From a virus: 64,000 nucleotides of DNA. The notes beneath the pieces are model-generated. The model was not told the origin of the DNA, made no database searches, and saw nothing but the letters and a program-made list of their open reading frames with translations. Numbering within the stretch: the first letter of the stretch is position 1; every line of letters starts with the position of its first letter. Made by a program: the position numbers and the translations under genes. This document shows, one piece after another, positions 53,993-64,000 of the stretch. The stretch lies in the IMG/VR virus record IMGVR_UViG_3300029258_002996, one strand, 5' to 3'.

Positions 53993-56900
53993 TTGTCAGT
54001 CCTGGTACGTTCGCGTTCGAGCCGAACAGGTGAAGCCCCTTCATGACCATCGATCTCAACCGAAAATCGCGCAGATCTCGGATGTTGCTGGCCGAGAAGC
54101 GCAATTGATGGATCACATGCCCTAAAGGGGTCTGTGTTACATTCACGTTCTCATTTTTCTCTACCACATTCCATGAAGCGGATCCGCAAGCCGTGGAGGT
54201 CGGTCCCGAGCGATGCTCGAAGGTGAGATTGATTCTCCGTTGGTCGTAGAGAACTACAGATTCATAAGTAAGCTGGTAAAGAACGCCTTCGACATACTGA
54301 GAGACATCGAGTTCGACTGTTTTCGAGTCAATGTACCTCCAGTTCGCCGGAGAAATGATTCTCGTTTCATCCTCGTCTTCCAAGAACAGCGTCGAAGTGC
54401 TTTGATCTCTGTTTGAGCGATTCTCCAGAATAGCCCGTCCCGTATCCGGATTGATGTAGATGGGTACCGTGATCTCTTTTGAAATTTCGTTGTGATCGAA
54501 CCTTTCCCACAACATATAGTCCACGAGCCACATGTAATCTTGGAAATTGGTGCCCAAATCAATAAAAGGTGTTGTAATTCGATAAATCGGATTGTAGTTG
54601 AACGTGTACTGCGCCGACGAGTTGTAGTAGGCGGTGTCAACTTGAATCTGAGAGGCAGAATTGAAATGCCACTTGTCGTTCGGAACCAAAACACCGTCCT
54701 CGAACAACATCGCGGCTTCCTGATCCTGATCCGAATCGTACAGGAGGGCGGCAACGTAGGGGGCGGATCCGGAAAACGTAAGCTCCTCCCCCTCAATCGG
54801 CAGCACATTCGGACCGACGAACGAGTACCTGAACGGCGTATCCGGATTGACATCCATATTGACCAAAGTGCAGTTCGAAAAATCGGCCTCCGTGATCGGC
54901 CCCTTCAAATTGAGAGGCTCCCCAGCCGTTCCGTATTCGGTCACGTCGAAAATGTCGATAGATGAATGCGCAGGAGAGATCTTCCGCACATGGCCCTGCT
55001 GAACAGAGGTGTCTGAAATCTCGACAATTCGGCTTTCCGTCGCCGCCGGGGGAGTACCGCTGAGAATCGGCAACAGGTCGTAATCCGCGAGAACCTGGAT
55101 CGAGGAGCTGTCCGGAGCGAGAAGCTGGTAGTAGCCCGAGCTGGTCACCGAAACCCATCCGACACCTGGAGTCCAAGTCGTTCCGTTGGGCGTCCACCGG
55201 AGGCGACGAAGATCCCCTACGCTGTTGTACTCGTACTCGAAAGTGCCGTTTCCCGGATTCGTATCCAGTGAGATGCTCGTCACTTCCACGCCTGAGAGAA
55301 CCGTAGGGGGAGTCGCTCGCTTGTGCGGCAAGCCGATGTACTCCTGTTCTGTCAGGGAAAGCGGATCCGGCGACCAACACCAGAGAAGCTCCCCAAAATA
55401 TTGTCGATGTCGATAACGGGCAATCGTCGTGTTGGCAAGCACACGCGAGGTAATGTACTCGACATCTACATTGAAGCTATCGATCATCACGTCGACGGAA
55501 CCAGCATCCGTGATTTCGATAGCGACCAGAACACTGTTGTCCACCAGATCAGCCGGAATGACAACGCTGAAATCCAGGAACGTGAAGTCTTCGTACCAGG
55601 AGCCCCCAGAGTCCTGCTGAACCGGCACAGCAGGTCCTGCGACCCAAGTAGCACCTCCGTCGAAAGAGAAGCTCAGGGAAGCTGTGGTAGGCCCTGCGGT
55701 ACCACTGAGAATCCAACCGCTGAATGTGGCAAGGTAGCCTTCGTAATCATAGAACAGTCCAGGGCTCTGTTGCGGGAAATTGGTTCCCCGAGGTCCTGGC
55801 CTCGGCATAGGCCATTGGAGAACCCGGGAGATCAAGGCATGGCTGCTCGCGGACAGATCCTGAAGTTGAATTAGAAACTGAGGGGAGGGATCATACGATT
55901 CCAGCTTGTCCGTAACCACCTTTGATGGAAGGATTGTCGAAACCGTGCTCGGAAGAGGGCTGAACAACCACCAGTTGTCGGGCAACTCAGGGTTACCGAA
56001 AGTAGCGTCGTCGACCACATCCACGTTATCGGAAGTGAGGATCGCGGGAAGCTGGGTTCGATCCACGAGAACCCAAGCTCCTTTCGTCTGTTCCAAGTTT
56101 CGGTTCACGTTCGTATAAGCCACCTTGAACGAACGGGCTGCCGCTATGGTCGGGTAGGGGCCGGGGGGAGCGGCCATCTCATCGGGGTAGCACTTGACTT
56201 TGATGGTCGCGCTCACGCTATCCGATACAACATACTCCGCGATATCCTCGGTTATCGGAGTCCACGGAGAAAATAGAGCGCCGCCAGAATGCCATCGAAT
56301 TTCCCGGGTAGGTGGAACGGTAGAACCGTCATAGCGATATTGAAATTCACAGTTCGAGTGAATGTCTTTGACCCCCAAAATCTCCACGCCGAAAACACCA
56401 TCAAAGATATTCTCATCGAACTTGAGATCTCCCGGCTTGATCCCGAACAACTCCGCAGCCGCATTGGACGGCCCGCTTTCGATCTTCACGCTCGAACCGG
56501 CGACCGTTGTGCTTTGAAGGAGCAGCTTGCCGTTGTAAGACGAAGCCACTACAGCCCCGAGGGCGGCGTTGATGTCGGCAATGACGTTCGCCACGGTCGG
56601 CGTCGGGAAACCTGTCGTCAAGGTGACTACTACGATTCCGACATCGTCGATGTCCAGGTAGAGCTTGTCTTCAAAAGCGCTGAGTAAAAACGGTCCCGCA
56701 AGTCCGAGGATGAATGCAGGTACCGTCGACGGCGGACCGGGGAGGAACAGCGCTCCGTTGTTGGCAGGTACATAAGGACCCCAACTTCCCCCGACCTGCC
56801 AACGAAGCGCGTCCGGAGTCGGATCGTACTCGATCACAGCCGCAGGAGATCCTGAAGGAAGATCGGCTTCAACACGCTCCAGTTGTACTCCTGAAATTCC

Positions 56901-57587
56901 GGCTCCGGCGTAGGCTACCGTGTGCGACCTCTCCTTATAGCGGTCGTTGATCAACATCGATTGATCCAACACCCAGTTCGGTCCCCACATACGACGCGCG
57001 TATCCAAACGGAGGCACCTGAGTAAACTCGGAAACGGCTTTGTCGAGACCTTCGTACTTTCCGCCGTGCTGCCGGTACGCCAGACGCAGCTCGTGAAGCA
57101 TCCGACGATAGGTATCGAGATCCTGGCCAAGATTTCGATAGGTCTGAATCGCCCGACCAAAGACATCCTCGATACCGTTGATGGTGGCGGTCTCAATGAA
57201 CATGTCGCGGTAGGCTTCGAGCCAATCAGCATCGATTGAATCAAACACAGTCGCGTAGGAAATCAGCCACAAAGCGTACTCGCGCACCGTGATCCAGCTC
57301 GAAGTACGCCGGGCAGTATTCTGATGAATGAGCAGCAGCTCATTGTCGCCGTAATCAAAGTGGCGAGCAAAGACGACATTGCCTTCCGCATCGGAAACGA
57401 CGGAACCTGAGAAAACCTCGTTGATGTAGAGACCAAAGTTGGAATTCGGATAATTCGTCTCCAGCCGAACCTCGGTGTTACCGAGACGGTAAGGGACAAT
57501 CGACCCCCGCGAAGCGTAGAAATTCCCCGAGACAATCGCCTTGATCAGCTCGGCATACCGATTCGTGTTCGCGAGAGGATCGGCCAT
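53985..57587 (-). CDS. Large baseplate/structural protein (~1200 aa)
   Basis: Probable start MADPLANT with GGAG RBS; wedge-like segment TYRRML.. followed by beta-rich repeats. Confidence 0.7.
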   Translation of the reverse strand: MADPLANTNRYAELIKAIVSGNFYASRGSIVPYRLGNTEVRLETNYPNSNFGLYINEVFSGSVVSDAEGNVVFARHFDYGDNELLLIHQNTARRTSSWITVREYALWLISYATVFDSIDADWLEAYRDMFIETATINGIEDVFGRAIQTYRNLGQDLDTYRRMLHELRLAYRQHGGKYEGLDKAVSEFTQVPPFGYARRMWGPNWVLDQSMLINDRYKERSHTVAYAGAGISGVQLERVEADLPSGSPAAVIEYDPTPDALRWQVGGSWGPYVPANNGALFLPGPPSTVPAFILGLAGPFLLSAFEDKLYLDIDDVGIVVVTLTTGFPTPTVANVIADINAALGAVVASSYNGKLLLQSTTVAGSSVKIESGPSNAAAELFGIKPGDLKFDENIFDGVFGVEILGVKDIHSNCEFQYRYDGSTVPPTREIRWHSGGALFSPWTPITEDIAEYVVSDSVSATIKVKCYPDEMAAPPGPYPTIAAARSFKVAYTNVNRNLEQTKGAWVLVDRTQLPAILTSDNVDVVDDATFGNPELPDNWWLFSPLPSTVSTILPSKVVTDKLESYDPSPQFLIQLQDLSASSHALISRVLQWPMPRPGPRGTNFPQQSPGLFYDYEGYLATFSGWILSGTAGPTTASLSFSFDGGATWVAGPAVPVQQDSGGSWYEDFTFLDFSVVIPADLVDNSVLVAIEITDAGSVDVMIDSFNVDVEYITSRVLANTTIARYRHRQYFGELLWCWSPDPLSLTEQEYIGLPHKRATPPTVLSGVEVTSISLDTNPGNGTFEYEYNSVGDLRRLRWTPNGTTWTPGVGWVSVTSSGYYQLLAPDSSSIQVLADYDLLPILSGTPPAATESRIVEISDTSVQQGHVRKISPAHSSIDIFDVTEYGTAGEPLNLKGPITEADFSNCTLVNMDVNPDTPFRYSFVGPNVLPIEGEELTFSGSAPYVAALLYDSDQDQEAAMLFEDGVLVPNDKWHFNSASQIQVDTAYYNSSAQYTFNYNPIYRITTPFIDLGTNFQDYMWLVDYMLWERFDHNEISKEITVPIYINPDTGRAILENRSNRDQSTSTLFLEDEDETRIISPANWRYIDSKTVELDVSQYVEGVLYQLTYESVVLYDQRRINLTFEHRSGPTSTACGSASWNVVEKNENVNVTQTPLGHVIHQLRFSASNIRDLRDFRLRSMVMKGLHLFGSNANVPGLTNV

Positions 57588-57588
57588 T

Positions 57589-58587
57589 TTATTCTCCGCC
57601 TCCGAGCCCCTTCTGCTCACCTTCCGGGGTGAACAACTGAGGATCGTTTATAAACGAGAGTTTCGACTGCGCTTGGGCACTATTGATCACTCGGAACTGT
57701 TCCACAAAGTAGTATTCATAGGCATTCGACTTCGTGTAATCGCCATTCGCAATCATCGACACATCGACCAAACCTTGATAGGCGCCTTCGGTGTGCTTCA
57801 CATCTCGGCTCGCGGGCACGATACCTCGACATCGCGTATCCGAAACGATAACAGTATCGTGAACGGGTTGATTTTGGAACACCACGAAGGGCCTGAAGTA
57901 GAACCATTCCACCCGGATCCCGGCCAATGAATATGACGTGGATCCGTTGGTTGAGAAAATCCGGAACTTCGCCGTAGTCGAACTAAATCGAACGCTCCGA
58001 TAGGCCAATGAGCCGTTGGCGTAGAAGTACACATCCGAACCGAACCTGAGAATCTTGAGCATCGTGACGCCCGTGGTCCACGGCAGCGGAACGATAAGCT
58101 CGTCGGCCAAGGCACCATTTCGATAGACCTCGCAACGAAGCTGAAGAACGCTGGGCGTCAGCTCGATGTACGCAATCGCGTACTCCGTAGCGCTCACGTA
58201 CAGCGATAGCGCAACGAGCTGGACAACGTCGGACGGATATTGAGCAATCCGAGGTAGATTGATTCGAATCTCCCCCTGCACATTGCCCCAAATGGTTTTG
58301 GATTCGATTCCGGCCACGGAACCCGGAGTGGCTCCGGTGTCGAGCTGGAGATGGAAAGCGCCTGTCGAGACGGACCCCGAGCCGGAGCTGAGATCCGTCC
58401 AGAGTACTGTGTCCAGACTCACGCCATCGAACAGATCATCCCACTGTCTGGGATCGAATCCGACGCCTTTCATGATGAAACGATTTCCTCCGGGGGATGG
58501 CCCTCGGTCCGGATTTACTTCGTCGATAGACGTAGCAGTACCATATAAAATTCCGCTCCCGTATTTGAAGGTGGCGAATTTTGCCAT
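57589..58587 (-). CDS. Structural protein with IPT/TIG-like and lectin-like beta domains
   Basis: IDEVNPDRGPSPGGNRFIMKGVGF...VSDTRCRGIVP. Confidence 0.65.
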   Translation of the reverse strand: MAKFATFKYGSGILYGTATSIDEVNPDRGPSPGGNRFIMKGVGFDPRQWDDLFDGVSLDTVLWTDLSSGSGSVSTGAFHLQLDTGATPGSVAGIESKTIWGNVQGEIRINLPRIAQYPSDVVQLVALSLYVSATEYAIAYIELTPSVLQLRCEVYRNGALADELIVPLPWTTGVTMLKILRFGSDVYFYANGSLAYRSVRFSSTTAKFRIFSTNGSTSYSLAGIRVEWFYFRPFVVFQNQPVHDTVIVSDTRCRGIVPASRDVKHTEGAYQGLVDVSMIANGDYTKSNAYEYYFVEQFRVINSAQAQSKLSFINDPQLFTPEGEQKGLGGGE

Positions 58588-58599
58588 AATATTCGGTCC

Positions 58600-60033
58600 T
58601 TAGCTCACCAAGTTCACGACCAAATCAGCAGCCTCGATTCTAGCATACCGATTTGGTCCGATTGCGAGGTCACCCACTCCGGAACCACCCTGAACTGCCA
58701 GTGTCGTCCAGGTCCAGTTTCCAACCCCGAAGACCTTCGAGATCTCCGCATCTAGGTCGAACTCCTCCACGTCCTCTCCGAGACGTAATGCATTGATGTA
58801 GTTCGTGATCCGGTCGCGCACGAGCTGAACCACGGAATCGGGATTTCCCGACGTGACCGTCAGGTTCCCCTCGATTGACAGAAGCTGCGGTTGCGCCCAC
58901 CTGAACAAAACGTCGGATCCCATCACGAAGTATCGAGATTGGCGATAGTAGGAGGTGATCACGTTGATGAGGGAGTTGTACTGGTATTCGATGTGAACGG
59001 AAGTCCCTACGGCAGGGAAACTCCCAGTCGCCAAGAACTTGATACCGCCCTGAGCCCGGTTGCTGTATCCGTAGACCCCCTCCCCACGAATCACTTCATA
59101 GTCGGTCCCCTCGATGTACGTGACCGGTCCTGCGCTCGTCACCAAGTTCACCTGAGAAATCGGCTGCCGGGGAAGCGGGATCAACGTCTCGACCCCGGGA
59201 AACGCGATGTCGTAGGAAGCAGACAGTGGCGTATCTCCGAGAATCCACATGTCCACGGCCCCTGCATCATCTTGCTCCCGCTCCAGGTTCACATTGTTCC
59301 CGTAGACCACGTAGGTATCGATGACGCCGGAGAAGGTATCTTCGAGGAACCTGGCGAGGCCAGCCGGGGTAGAGGTTTGATGACCCTCCACCTGCATGAG
59401 GTAGCGTGCGGCGAGATCCGAGTTCGTCTCGCGCCCGAGGCCGGAAGTCGTGGCAAACTTGTTGTAAAACTCGTCAAACTGCGGGAAAGGCCTTTTGGCG
59501 ACGGTAATCGTGTACGCACCGACTTGAGTAGTGGAGCCGCGAATGATGCTCGCACAAGCTACGTTCAACTCGTACCGTTCAGTCTCCGCGTTGTAGTAGG
59601 CGCTCGCCGGTGTCGACAGGGGTCCGTACATGATTCTTGACTCGACCGTTCGGAAATCCACAACCTCTCCGGTTTCGGGATTGAGAACCGTCGAAAGGGG
59701 GAAGTTGATGGGAACCAGAATGTCCGCAGTTGGAGGACGAATGCGAGCGAAGGTAACGGTCACGTAGGAAGGTGATCCCTCCCAACGAACAATGGCTTCG
59801 TTGTACACAAAATCGTCCAAATCTTCCGGGTTGAAACGAGCCGCGTTTTTGAGCGACATGAGCTGGCTGAGATAGACGATGTTGTCGTGCTGGTCCTTGA
59901 AGACCTCGGACGGAGGAGTGATGTACAAATCCTTGATAGGTCCGATTCTGGTGTCCAACGAAGGATCACGGGATTCGATTCCTTCGGTAATCTCGTTTTC
60001 GAACTCTGGTACTGTTTTCGCTCGAATGACCAT
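58600..60033 (-). CDS. Baseplate J/gp47-like wedge protein
   Basis: GLGRETNSDLAAR, GAVDMWI, YINALRLGEDV. Confidence 0.85.
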   Translation of the reverse strand: MVIRAKTVPEFENEITEGIESRDPSLDTRIGPIKDLYITPPSEVFKDQHDNIVYLSQLMSLKNAARFNPEDLDDFVYNEAIVRWEGSPSYVTVTFARIRPPTADILVPINFPLSTVLNPETGEVVDFRTVESRIMYGPLSTPASAYYNAETERYELNVACASIIRGSTTQVGAYTITVAKRPFPQFDEFYNKFATTSGLGRETNSDLAARYLMQVEGHQTSTPAGLARFLEDTFSGVIDTYVVYGNNVNLEREQDDAGAVDMWILGDTPLSASYDIAFPGVETLIPLPRQPISQVNLVTSAGPVTYIEGTDYEVIRGEGVYGYSNRAQGGIKFLATGSFPAVGTSVHIEYQYNSLINVITSYYRQSRYFVMGSDVLFRWAQPQLLSIEGNLTVTSGNPDSVVQLVRDRITNYINALRLGEDVEEFDLDAEISKVFGVGNWTWTTLAVQGGSGVGDLAIGPNRYARIEAADLVVNLVS

Positions 60034-60042
60034 CTCCGCCTC

Positions 60043-60474
60043 CTAGAACAGACCTTCCAGTGAAAAAGCGTATTTTCCCAAGAAAGAGTAGAAGTCAACC
60101 CTCCACCTGAAAGTCCTCGGATCTTCCGTATCCGGCCAAATCTGTACCGGAGTGTATGAATCGAGCAGCTCCTCGGGCGTGCGCCTACTGAACATCGTGT
60201 GTCTCTGGACGTAGCGAAACCGAGAGATGCCGGAAGAAGCGCGCGACTGGAACTCGAACATCGCGGGAGAGCCGAAAGCATTCTCGGGCTCTCCATCCGT
60301 GTGCTTTCCGATCACCTCGTCGAGACCACAACCGATACCGTCCGCGCGGATCCCCGTGGTCAGCACCATCCGACAGTCCTGCCGAAGCTTGTCCTTGCGG
60401 GTGATCGTTTCGTAGCCGGTGTTCGAATGATTTCGAACTACGTCGCCGTTTTCGATCTTCACCGTGTAGCTCAT
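60043..60474 (-). CDS. gp25/W-like baseplate wedge protein
   Basis: KLRQD..LTT..GCGL..IG; size and position before baseplate J. Confidence 0.65.
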   Translation of the reverse strand: MSYTVKIENGDVVRNHSNTGYETITRKDKLRQDCRMVLTTGIRADGIGCGLDEVIGKHTDGEPENAFGSPAMFEFQSRASSGISRFRYVQRHTMFSRRTPEELLDSYTPVQIWPDTEDPRTFRWRVDFYSFLGKYAFSLEGLF

Positions 60475-60968
60475 GTCGGCGTTTCCTCGGCTTCTCGAAT
60501 CTTCGCTAAGTAGATCGCATCATCGATTACCTCGACCGTGGCAACCAGGTCCGTCTTGATGGCGTCCCAGTAGCTGATCAGGTAATCGAGTTCGTCCACG
60601 TAGCTGATCATTGTCTTGTACCTCTCCCTCCATACTGTAAGGGCAGAGGTGTTGATATCTGAAAGTTGAACCAAAGGATCAACCAAAGCTCGATAAAACT
60701 CAGGACAGAGATCGGCAAACGGCCCCTCCGGAAATGCCGTGAGGGTGTCTCGAATCGCTTGAACCAAGGCTTCAAAGACACTCCAAGCCGCTTCTTCGAT
60801 GATCGCAAGCACATCGTACTGAGCCAAGAGAGCCCGAAGCCACAAAATTTGTGCATCGATGAACTGGATCGCGGCTAGGAGGATCAGCTTGAGAGCTTCG
60901 AGAACTGCGGCGATCTGATCATAAATCCAACGAAGGATGCAGCGCGCTATGGTTCGTCCGACAGCCAT
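60471..60968 (-). CDS. Helical hypothetical structural protein
   Basis: 165 aa within the baseplate block. Confidence 0.65.
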   Translation of the reverse strand: MAVGRTIARCILRWIYDQIAAVLEALKLILLAAIQFIDAQILWLRALLAQYDVLAIIEEAAWSVFEALVQAIRDTLTAFPEGPFADLCPEFYRALVDPLVQLSDINTSALTVWRERYKTMISYVDELDYLISYWDAIKTDLVATVEVIDDAIYLAKIREAEETPT

Positions 60969-60977
60969 GAAATCCTC

Positions 60978-62333
60978 CTATTGCGTCGCCACTTTGACCG
61001 ATAGCATACTACTCAAAGATAGGCCAAAAGCAGTAAGGATCGGAACAAAAGTCCCCGCCGCAGCCACCGTCGCAGGTGCAACCGCTTTCAAGCCAGTATC
61101 ACCCTGTATAGCACCCACGAACAACCCCAAACCAGTAAGAAATGTAGACAACTGCGAAACAAAAGAAGTACCCTTCAACAGGAACTCAGTAGCCCCTTCC
61201 GATCCTAAGCGAACCGCCACATCAGAGACTAGGGAGGCCAGGACCTTCCCTTCGAGCTTGAGGTTTGCCGCTGCGGAAATAGAAGCTGAAACACCTACGG
61301 TAAGATCAAAAGTCGAAGTCACTGTCCAGCTAGTTGACAGATTTGCGATATCCCACATGGCGAGTGGCGTAAACCATTGAAATCCCGTCGCCGTCTTCGC
61401 CGAAAAACCCCTATTCCCCAGGTTATCCACCACCTCGGTATAAAGATCGATCACTCCCGTCGCATCGTCTTTTATCGCCCGGTAGGCTCGAACCGAGGTG
61501 CCTACGAGAGAAGTCAGCTCCGGATAAGCCACTGAGGGGACCATGACCTGCTTGGTGTCGTCATCCACTACCTCCCCAAGAGAGTCGTGGACCATCAGGA
61601 GACCGCCCACGGCGGTCAGAGAGGAACGTTTGACGTAATTGGTACACTCCTGGGCCGGAGTCCCGAAAAGACCGTCCACGGGCGATTCTATGGAGTCTAC
61701 GCCGGGGACCAGCAGACGGCGAGCAGTGCCTTCCCGCTTCTCGGACGCATTCCCATACCAGGTATGCAGATGATCGGTCTGGATGGAGATCTCGCTGTTC
61801 GTGGTGTTCTTGTCCAGCGTGATCGAGTGCGGTCCGCTGGCGATTCTGGCACGATCTCCGAGGTAGAGAAAACAGTTGCGCCCACTCTTAAAATGCCAAT
61901 CTCCGGGTTTGAGACGCTTCCCCGAGGCGTTCCCCCATCCGATGCCGCCTCGATCTTCATTCGCTTCGTCGGCGCGATCCATCGCTCCGAAATCAAATGA
62001 GTAGTACCCGAGGGAATACGGAGCGCCTAAAGCATCAAACCCAATAAGAGTGATGTCCCCTTCTTGAGGATAGTAAACTCCCCACGCTGTTTTTCTGAAA
62101 TTTTGATCTTTCGCGGCGCTTTCCGGATCCCCCTTGGGGGGAAATGAAAAGCCCATGAGAGGTAGGGGAACATTCGGAAGGTACGAACCGCCGTCAAGAA
62201 ATTCGACAGCCATCGTACCGTTGCTAAAGTTTACGTCATTCACTTTACAACGATGAATCGAGGAGTAGAAAGCCTTGTTCAACCTCCGCTCATCCAGAAT
62301 TGAAGACTTTCCGCTTGCGTTGATACGGCCCAC
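60978..62333 (-). CDS. Baseplate central spike (gpV/gp45-like)
   Basis: N-terminal OB-like (PQEGD..LIGF), LKPGD, beta-strand repeats, C-terminal VRLGS..LLKG. Confidence 0.65.
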   Translation of the reverse strand: MGRINASGKSSILDERRLNKAFYSSIHRCKVNDVNFSNGTMAVEFLDGGSYLPNVPLPLMGFSFPPKGDPESAAKDQNFRKTAWGVYYPQEGDITLIGFDALGAPYSLGYYSFDFGAMDRADEANEDRGGIGWGNASGKRLKPGDWHFKSGRNCFLYLGDRARIASGPHSITLDKNTTNSEISIQTDHLHTWYGNASEKREGTARRLLVPGVDSIESPVDGLFGTPAQECTNYVKRSSLTAVGGLLMVHDSLGEVVDDDTKQVMVPSVAYPELTSLVGTSVRAYRAIKDDATGVIDLYTEVVDNLGNRGFSAKTATGFQWFTPLAMWDIANLSTSWTVTSTFDLTVGVSASISAAANLKLEGKVLASLVSDVAVRLGSEGATEFLLKGTSFVSQLSTFLTGLGLFVGAIQGDTGLKAVAPATVAAAGTFVPILTAFGLSLSSMLSVKVATQ

Positions 62334-62335
62334 CG

Positions 62336-64000
62336 CTACCTCCGGTTCCTCAACACATCGTTATAGTCAAACGGATACTTACCTCCGAAAAATTCGTAAA
62401 TCTCGTGCTCCTGAATAGTGCTTCCCGTCCACCCACGCACATTGTTCAGGTTGACTGTAGTGTCGCACGAGCTGTTCCACACAATCGAATGCTGCGCACT
62501 CACGAGATTCGCCATGTAGTTTCTCTCGCGCCAATAAATAGGGCGGTTCACCATCAATCCGAACATCGGAACCGTTCCTATTCCTAGATTTCTCGCTTCC
62601 GCATTTGATTTCCTCAACATCAAGGAGGCGAATACTTGAGCGCCCTCCTTGGTGGCCACAGGACACCAAGGCTGGTAGGAAGCGATTCGGAAACCCAAGA
62701 GTTGAGCCAACTCCGGAACAGTCACGTACACATTCCTTCGAAGCCCTTCGTCGTTGATTTTTGCAAAATTTATCAATAAATTAGGCATCGCGCGACCTAC
62801 GGTTTTCAATCCCGAATCGTTCAATGAATTGCTATACCCAGTTGTCTCGTGATGCTCAATGGTAAAGGCGCGAGTGTAGCTGTACTCATCCAAAAGGTCC
62901 TGATAGAAAACATCAAAGCCTTGCTGAGCAACCTCAAGTTTCGTCGGAAGATCCATCATTTCCCTGAAATCACCTTCCGTGTATTTATCGGAATCAGACA
63001 CCCAGAAATCGAAATACTTCGTAGTAAGATCCTCAAGCTCTTTTCGAATGCGGTCATTGTAAACACTGGGGTCCTTAGAATCCATAATGTCGACGCTGAA
63101 GTCGTAGAAAGGCATCTCAAATACTACATCGCCTCTCGGAGTGGCGTAGAACCTAAAGTCGATGGCGTCTGCAAGATCGTAAATGAACGACAACCTGTCC
63201 TTGAACTCGGAATGCTGAAGGGCAGTCCCCGCCGTAGACTGATCCAGGATACCCCTGGATACCTTCGGCCCCAAATTGGCAGGGGCTACGTAGTAGACAT
63301 TTCCGTGACCCACGGGATAACGTTCGATGTCAGTACCAATCTGCGTAATGACATCCTCCAGAGTCCAGCCCTTCTCCAAAGAAGGGATCGCGTCGTATTT
63401 CAGCATCGTGTCCAAATCCTCAACCCGAACACGATGATGCAAGAGATCGTTCAGTTCCCTAATATTCGCTATGGGTATCTTCTCCCCGAGAGCCTCGTCA
63501 ACAGGATTCAGCTCGTCACCGATGAAGAGCGCGCGAACGCCTTGCTCAACGGTCTTCCTTTTGAACGGAATCCCACGAGGAGTTGTGATCAACGGAATCG
63601 AAGAACCTGGAAAACGATCCTGTTTTTCATCCACGAGCCTTTTTTGAAGCTGCTTACGGCGTTCCGCAGGCTGCATCGAGGCAACTTCTTCTTTAGACCG
63701 ACCAAGAGTATTTAAAAGATAGGTATTGATCTCCGAATCGTCCATTGCGCGAATGGTCGCCATCACGGTGTCGTCAAGGATAGGACGAAAATCGTCCAAA
63801 CCGAAAAACAGGATTTCTAAAATTTCATAAGGACTGAATCCAGAAAAAATCTCATTGTAAAAATTCGCCTTCAACTCCCCCACGGGACTGTCTCCGAACG
63901 GACCCTGGAAAGCCGGGTTGTTTCGGAAGATTTTTCGAATCGCAGGATCGAGTTGATCCGTATTAGTCTGCAAAAAAGCGTATCGAACGGATTTGGTGAC
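62336..64000 (-). CDS. Baseplate hub (gp27/gp44-like), 5'-truncated by the window edge
   Basis: Frame open to 64000; FRFYATPRGDVVFEMP, YMANLVSAQHSI..TTVNL typical of hub proteins. Confidence 0.65.
   Translation of the reverse strand, partial: VTKSVRYAFLQTNTDQLDPAIRKIFRNNPAFQGPFGDSPVGELKANFYNEIFSGFSPYEILEILFFGLDDFRPILDDTVMATIRAMDDSEINTYLLNTLGRSKEEVASMQPAERRKQLQKRLVDEKQDRFPGSSIPLITTPRGIPFKRKTVEQGVRALFIGDELNPVDEALGEKIPIANIRELNDLLHHRVRVEDLDTMLKYDAIPSLEKGWTLEDVITQIGTDIERYPVGHGNVYYVAPANLGPKVSRGILDQSTAGTALQHSEFKDRLSFIYDLADAIDFRFYATPRGDVVFEMPFYDFSVDIMDSKDPSVYNDRIRKELEDLTTKYFDFWVSDSDKYTEGDFREMMDLPTKLEVAQQGFDVFYQDLLDEYSYTRAFTIEHHETTGYSNSLNDSGLKTVGRAMPNLLINFAKINDEGLRRNVYVTVPELAQLLGFRIASYQPWCPVATKEGAQVFASLMLRKSNAEARNLGIGTVPMFGLMVNRPIYWRERNYMANLVSAQHSIVWNSSCDTTVNLNNVRGWTGSTIQEHEIYEFFGGKYPFDYNDVLRNRR

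Larger units (their letters stand above)
1..64000 (-). mobile_element. Segment of a large tailed bacteriophage genome (myovirus-like baseplate, autonomous replication module)
   Basis: Unidirectional dense gene packing; baseplate J/gp25/spike/tail-fibre genes; phage-type replication block; housekeeping homologs (rpsL, tig, recA, dnaX) lack their normal bacterial operon neighbours. Confidence 0.93.

Noticed and set aside
184-63715. Many long plus-strand ORFs (e.g. 2115-3572, 6523-7662, 14021-15244, 26648-27703)
   Set aside because: They are antisense shadows of well-supported minus-strand genes with biased codon usage and show no recognisable motifs
1-64000. Stop-codon reassignment (suggested by a phage carrying uS12)
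   Set aside because: Conserved genes are full length in the standard code; TAA, TAG and TGA all terminate genes at tight junctions
1-64000. tRNA, rRNA or structured ncRNA genes
   Set aside because: Intergenic gaps are all under ~180 nt and no cloverleaf or T-loop signature was seen in them by eye; tRNAscan/Infernal were not run

Overview
A 64-kb segment of a large (jumbo/huge-type) tailed phage genome, probably a contractile-tailed myovirus. Essentially every real gene is on the minus strand, tightly packed, in the standard code. In transcription order (right to left): (i) a baseplate/tail block (hub, spike, gp25-like wedge, baseplate J, IPT protein, 1200-aa baseplate protein, beta-helix tail fibre/tailspike; 49.5-64 kb); (ii) an accessory block with sigma70-like promoters, an Asp-rich/Cys-rich lipoprotein, two ParB-like proteins, a radical SAM enzyme, a C2H2 zinc-finger protein and a stand-alone divergent ribosomal protein uS12 (42-49.5 kb); (iii) a near-complete replication/recombination block (5'-nuclease-UDG fusion, DUF3310-TSCPD fusion, SNF2 helicase, helicase loader, DnaB-like helicase, primase, sigma-like factor, sliding-clamp-like protein, family A polymerase with a Cys-rich insert, DnaX, gp32-like SSB, RecA, SbcCD, RusA) plus a trigger-factor homolog (14-42 kb); (iv) a cluster of large acidic proteins (1-13.6 kb). 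The best candidate for a new system is block (iv). These proteins look like polyproteins: 60-150 aa acidic modules separated by a recurring (K/R)(K/R)xA linker (RRQAQ, KKKAQ, KREAQ, RRRAE/M). The linkers are often duplicated at the DNA level as in-frame direct repeats around the modules. My inference is protease-processed head-cargo polyproteins that acquire small-gene cassettes by recombination at the linker. Also notable are the phage uS12 with an L48N change in the PNSALRK decoding loop and a trigger factor lacking its ribosome-binding motif. All family assignments come from reading motifs by eye; no searches were run, and GC statements are visual impressions.
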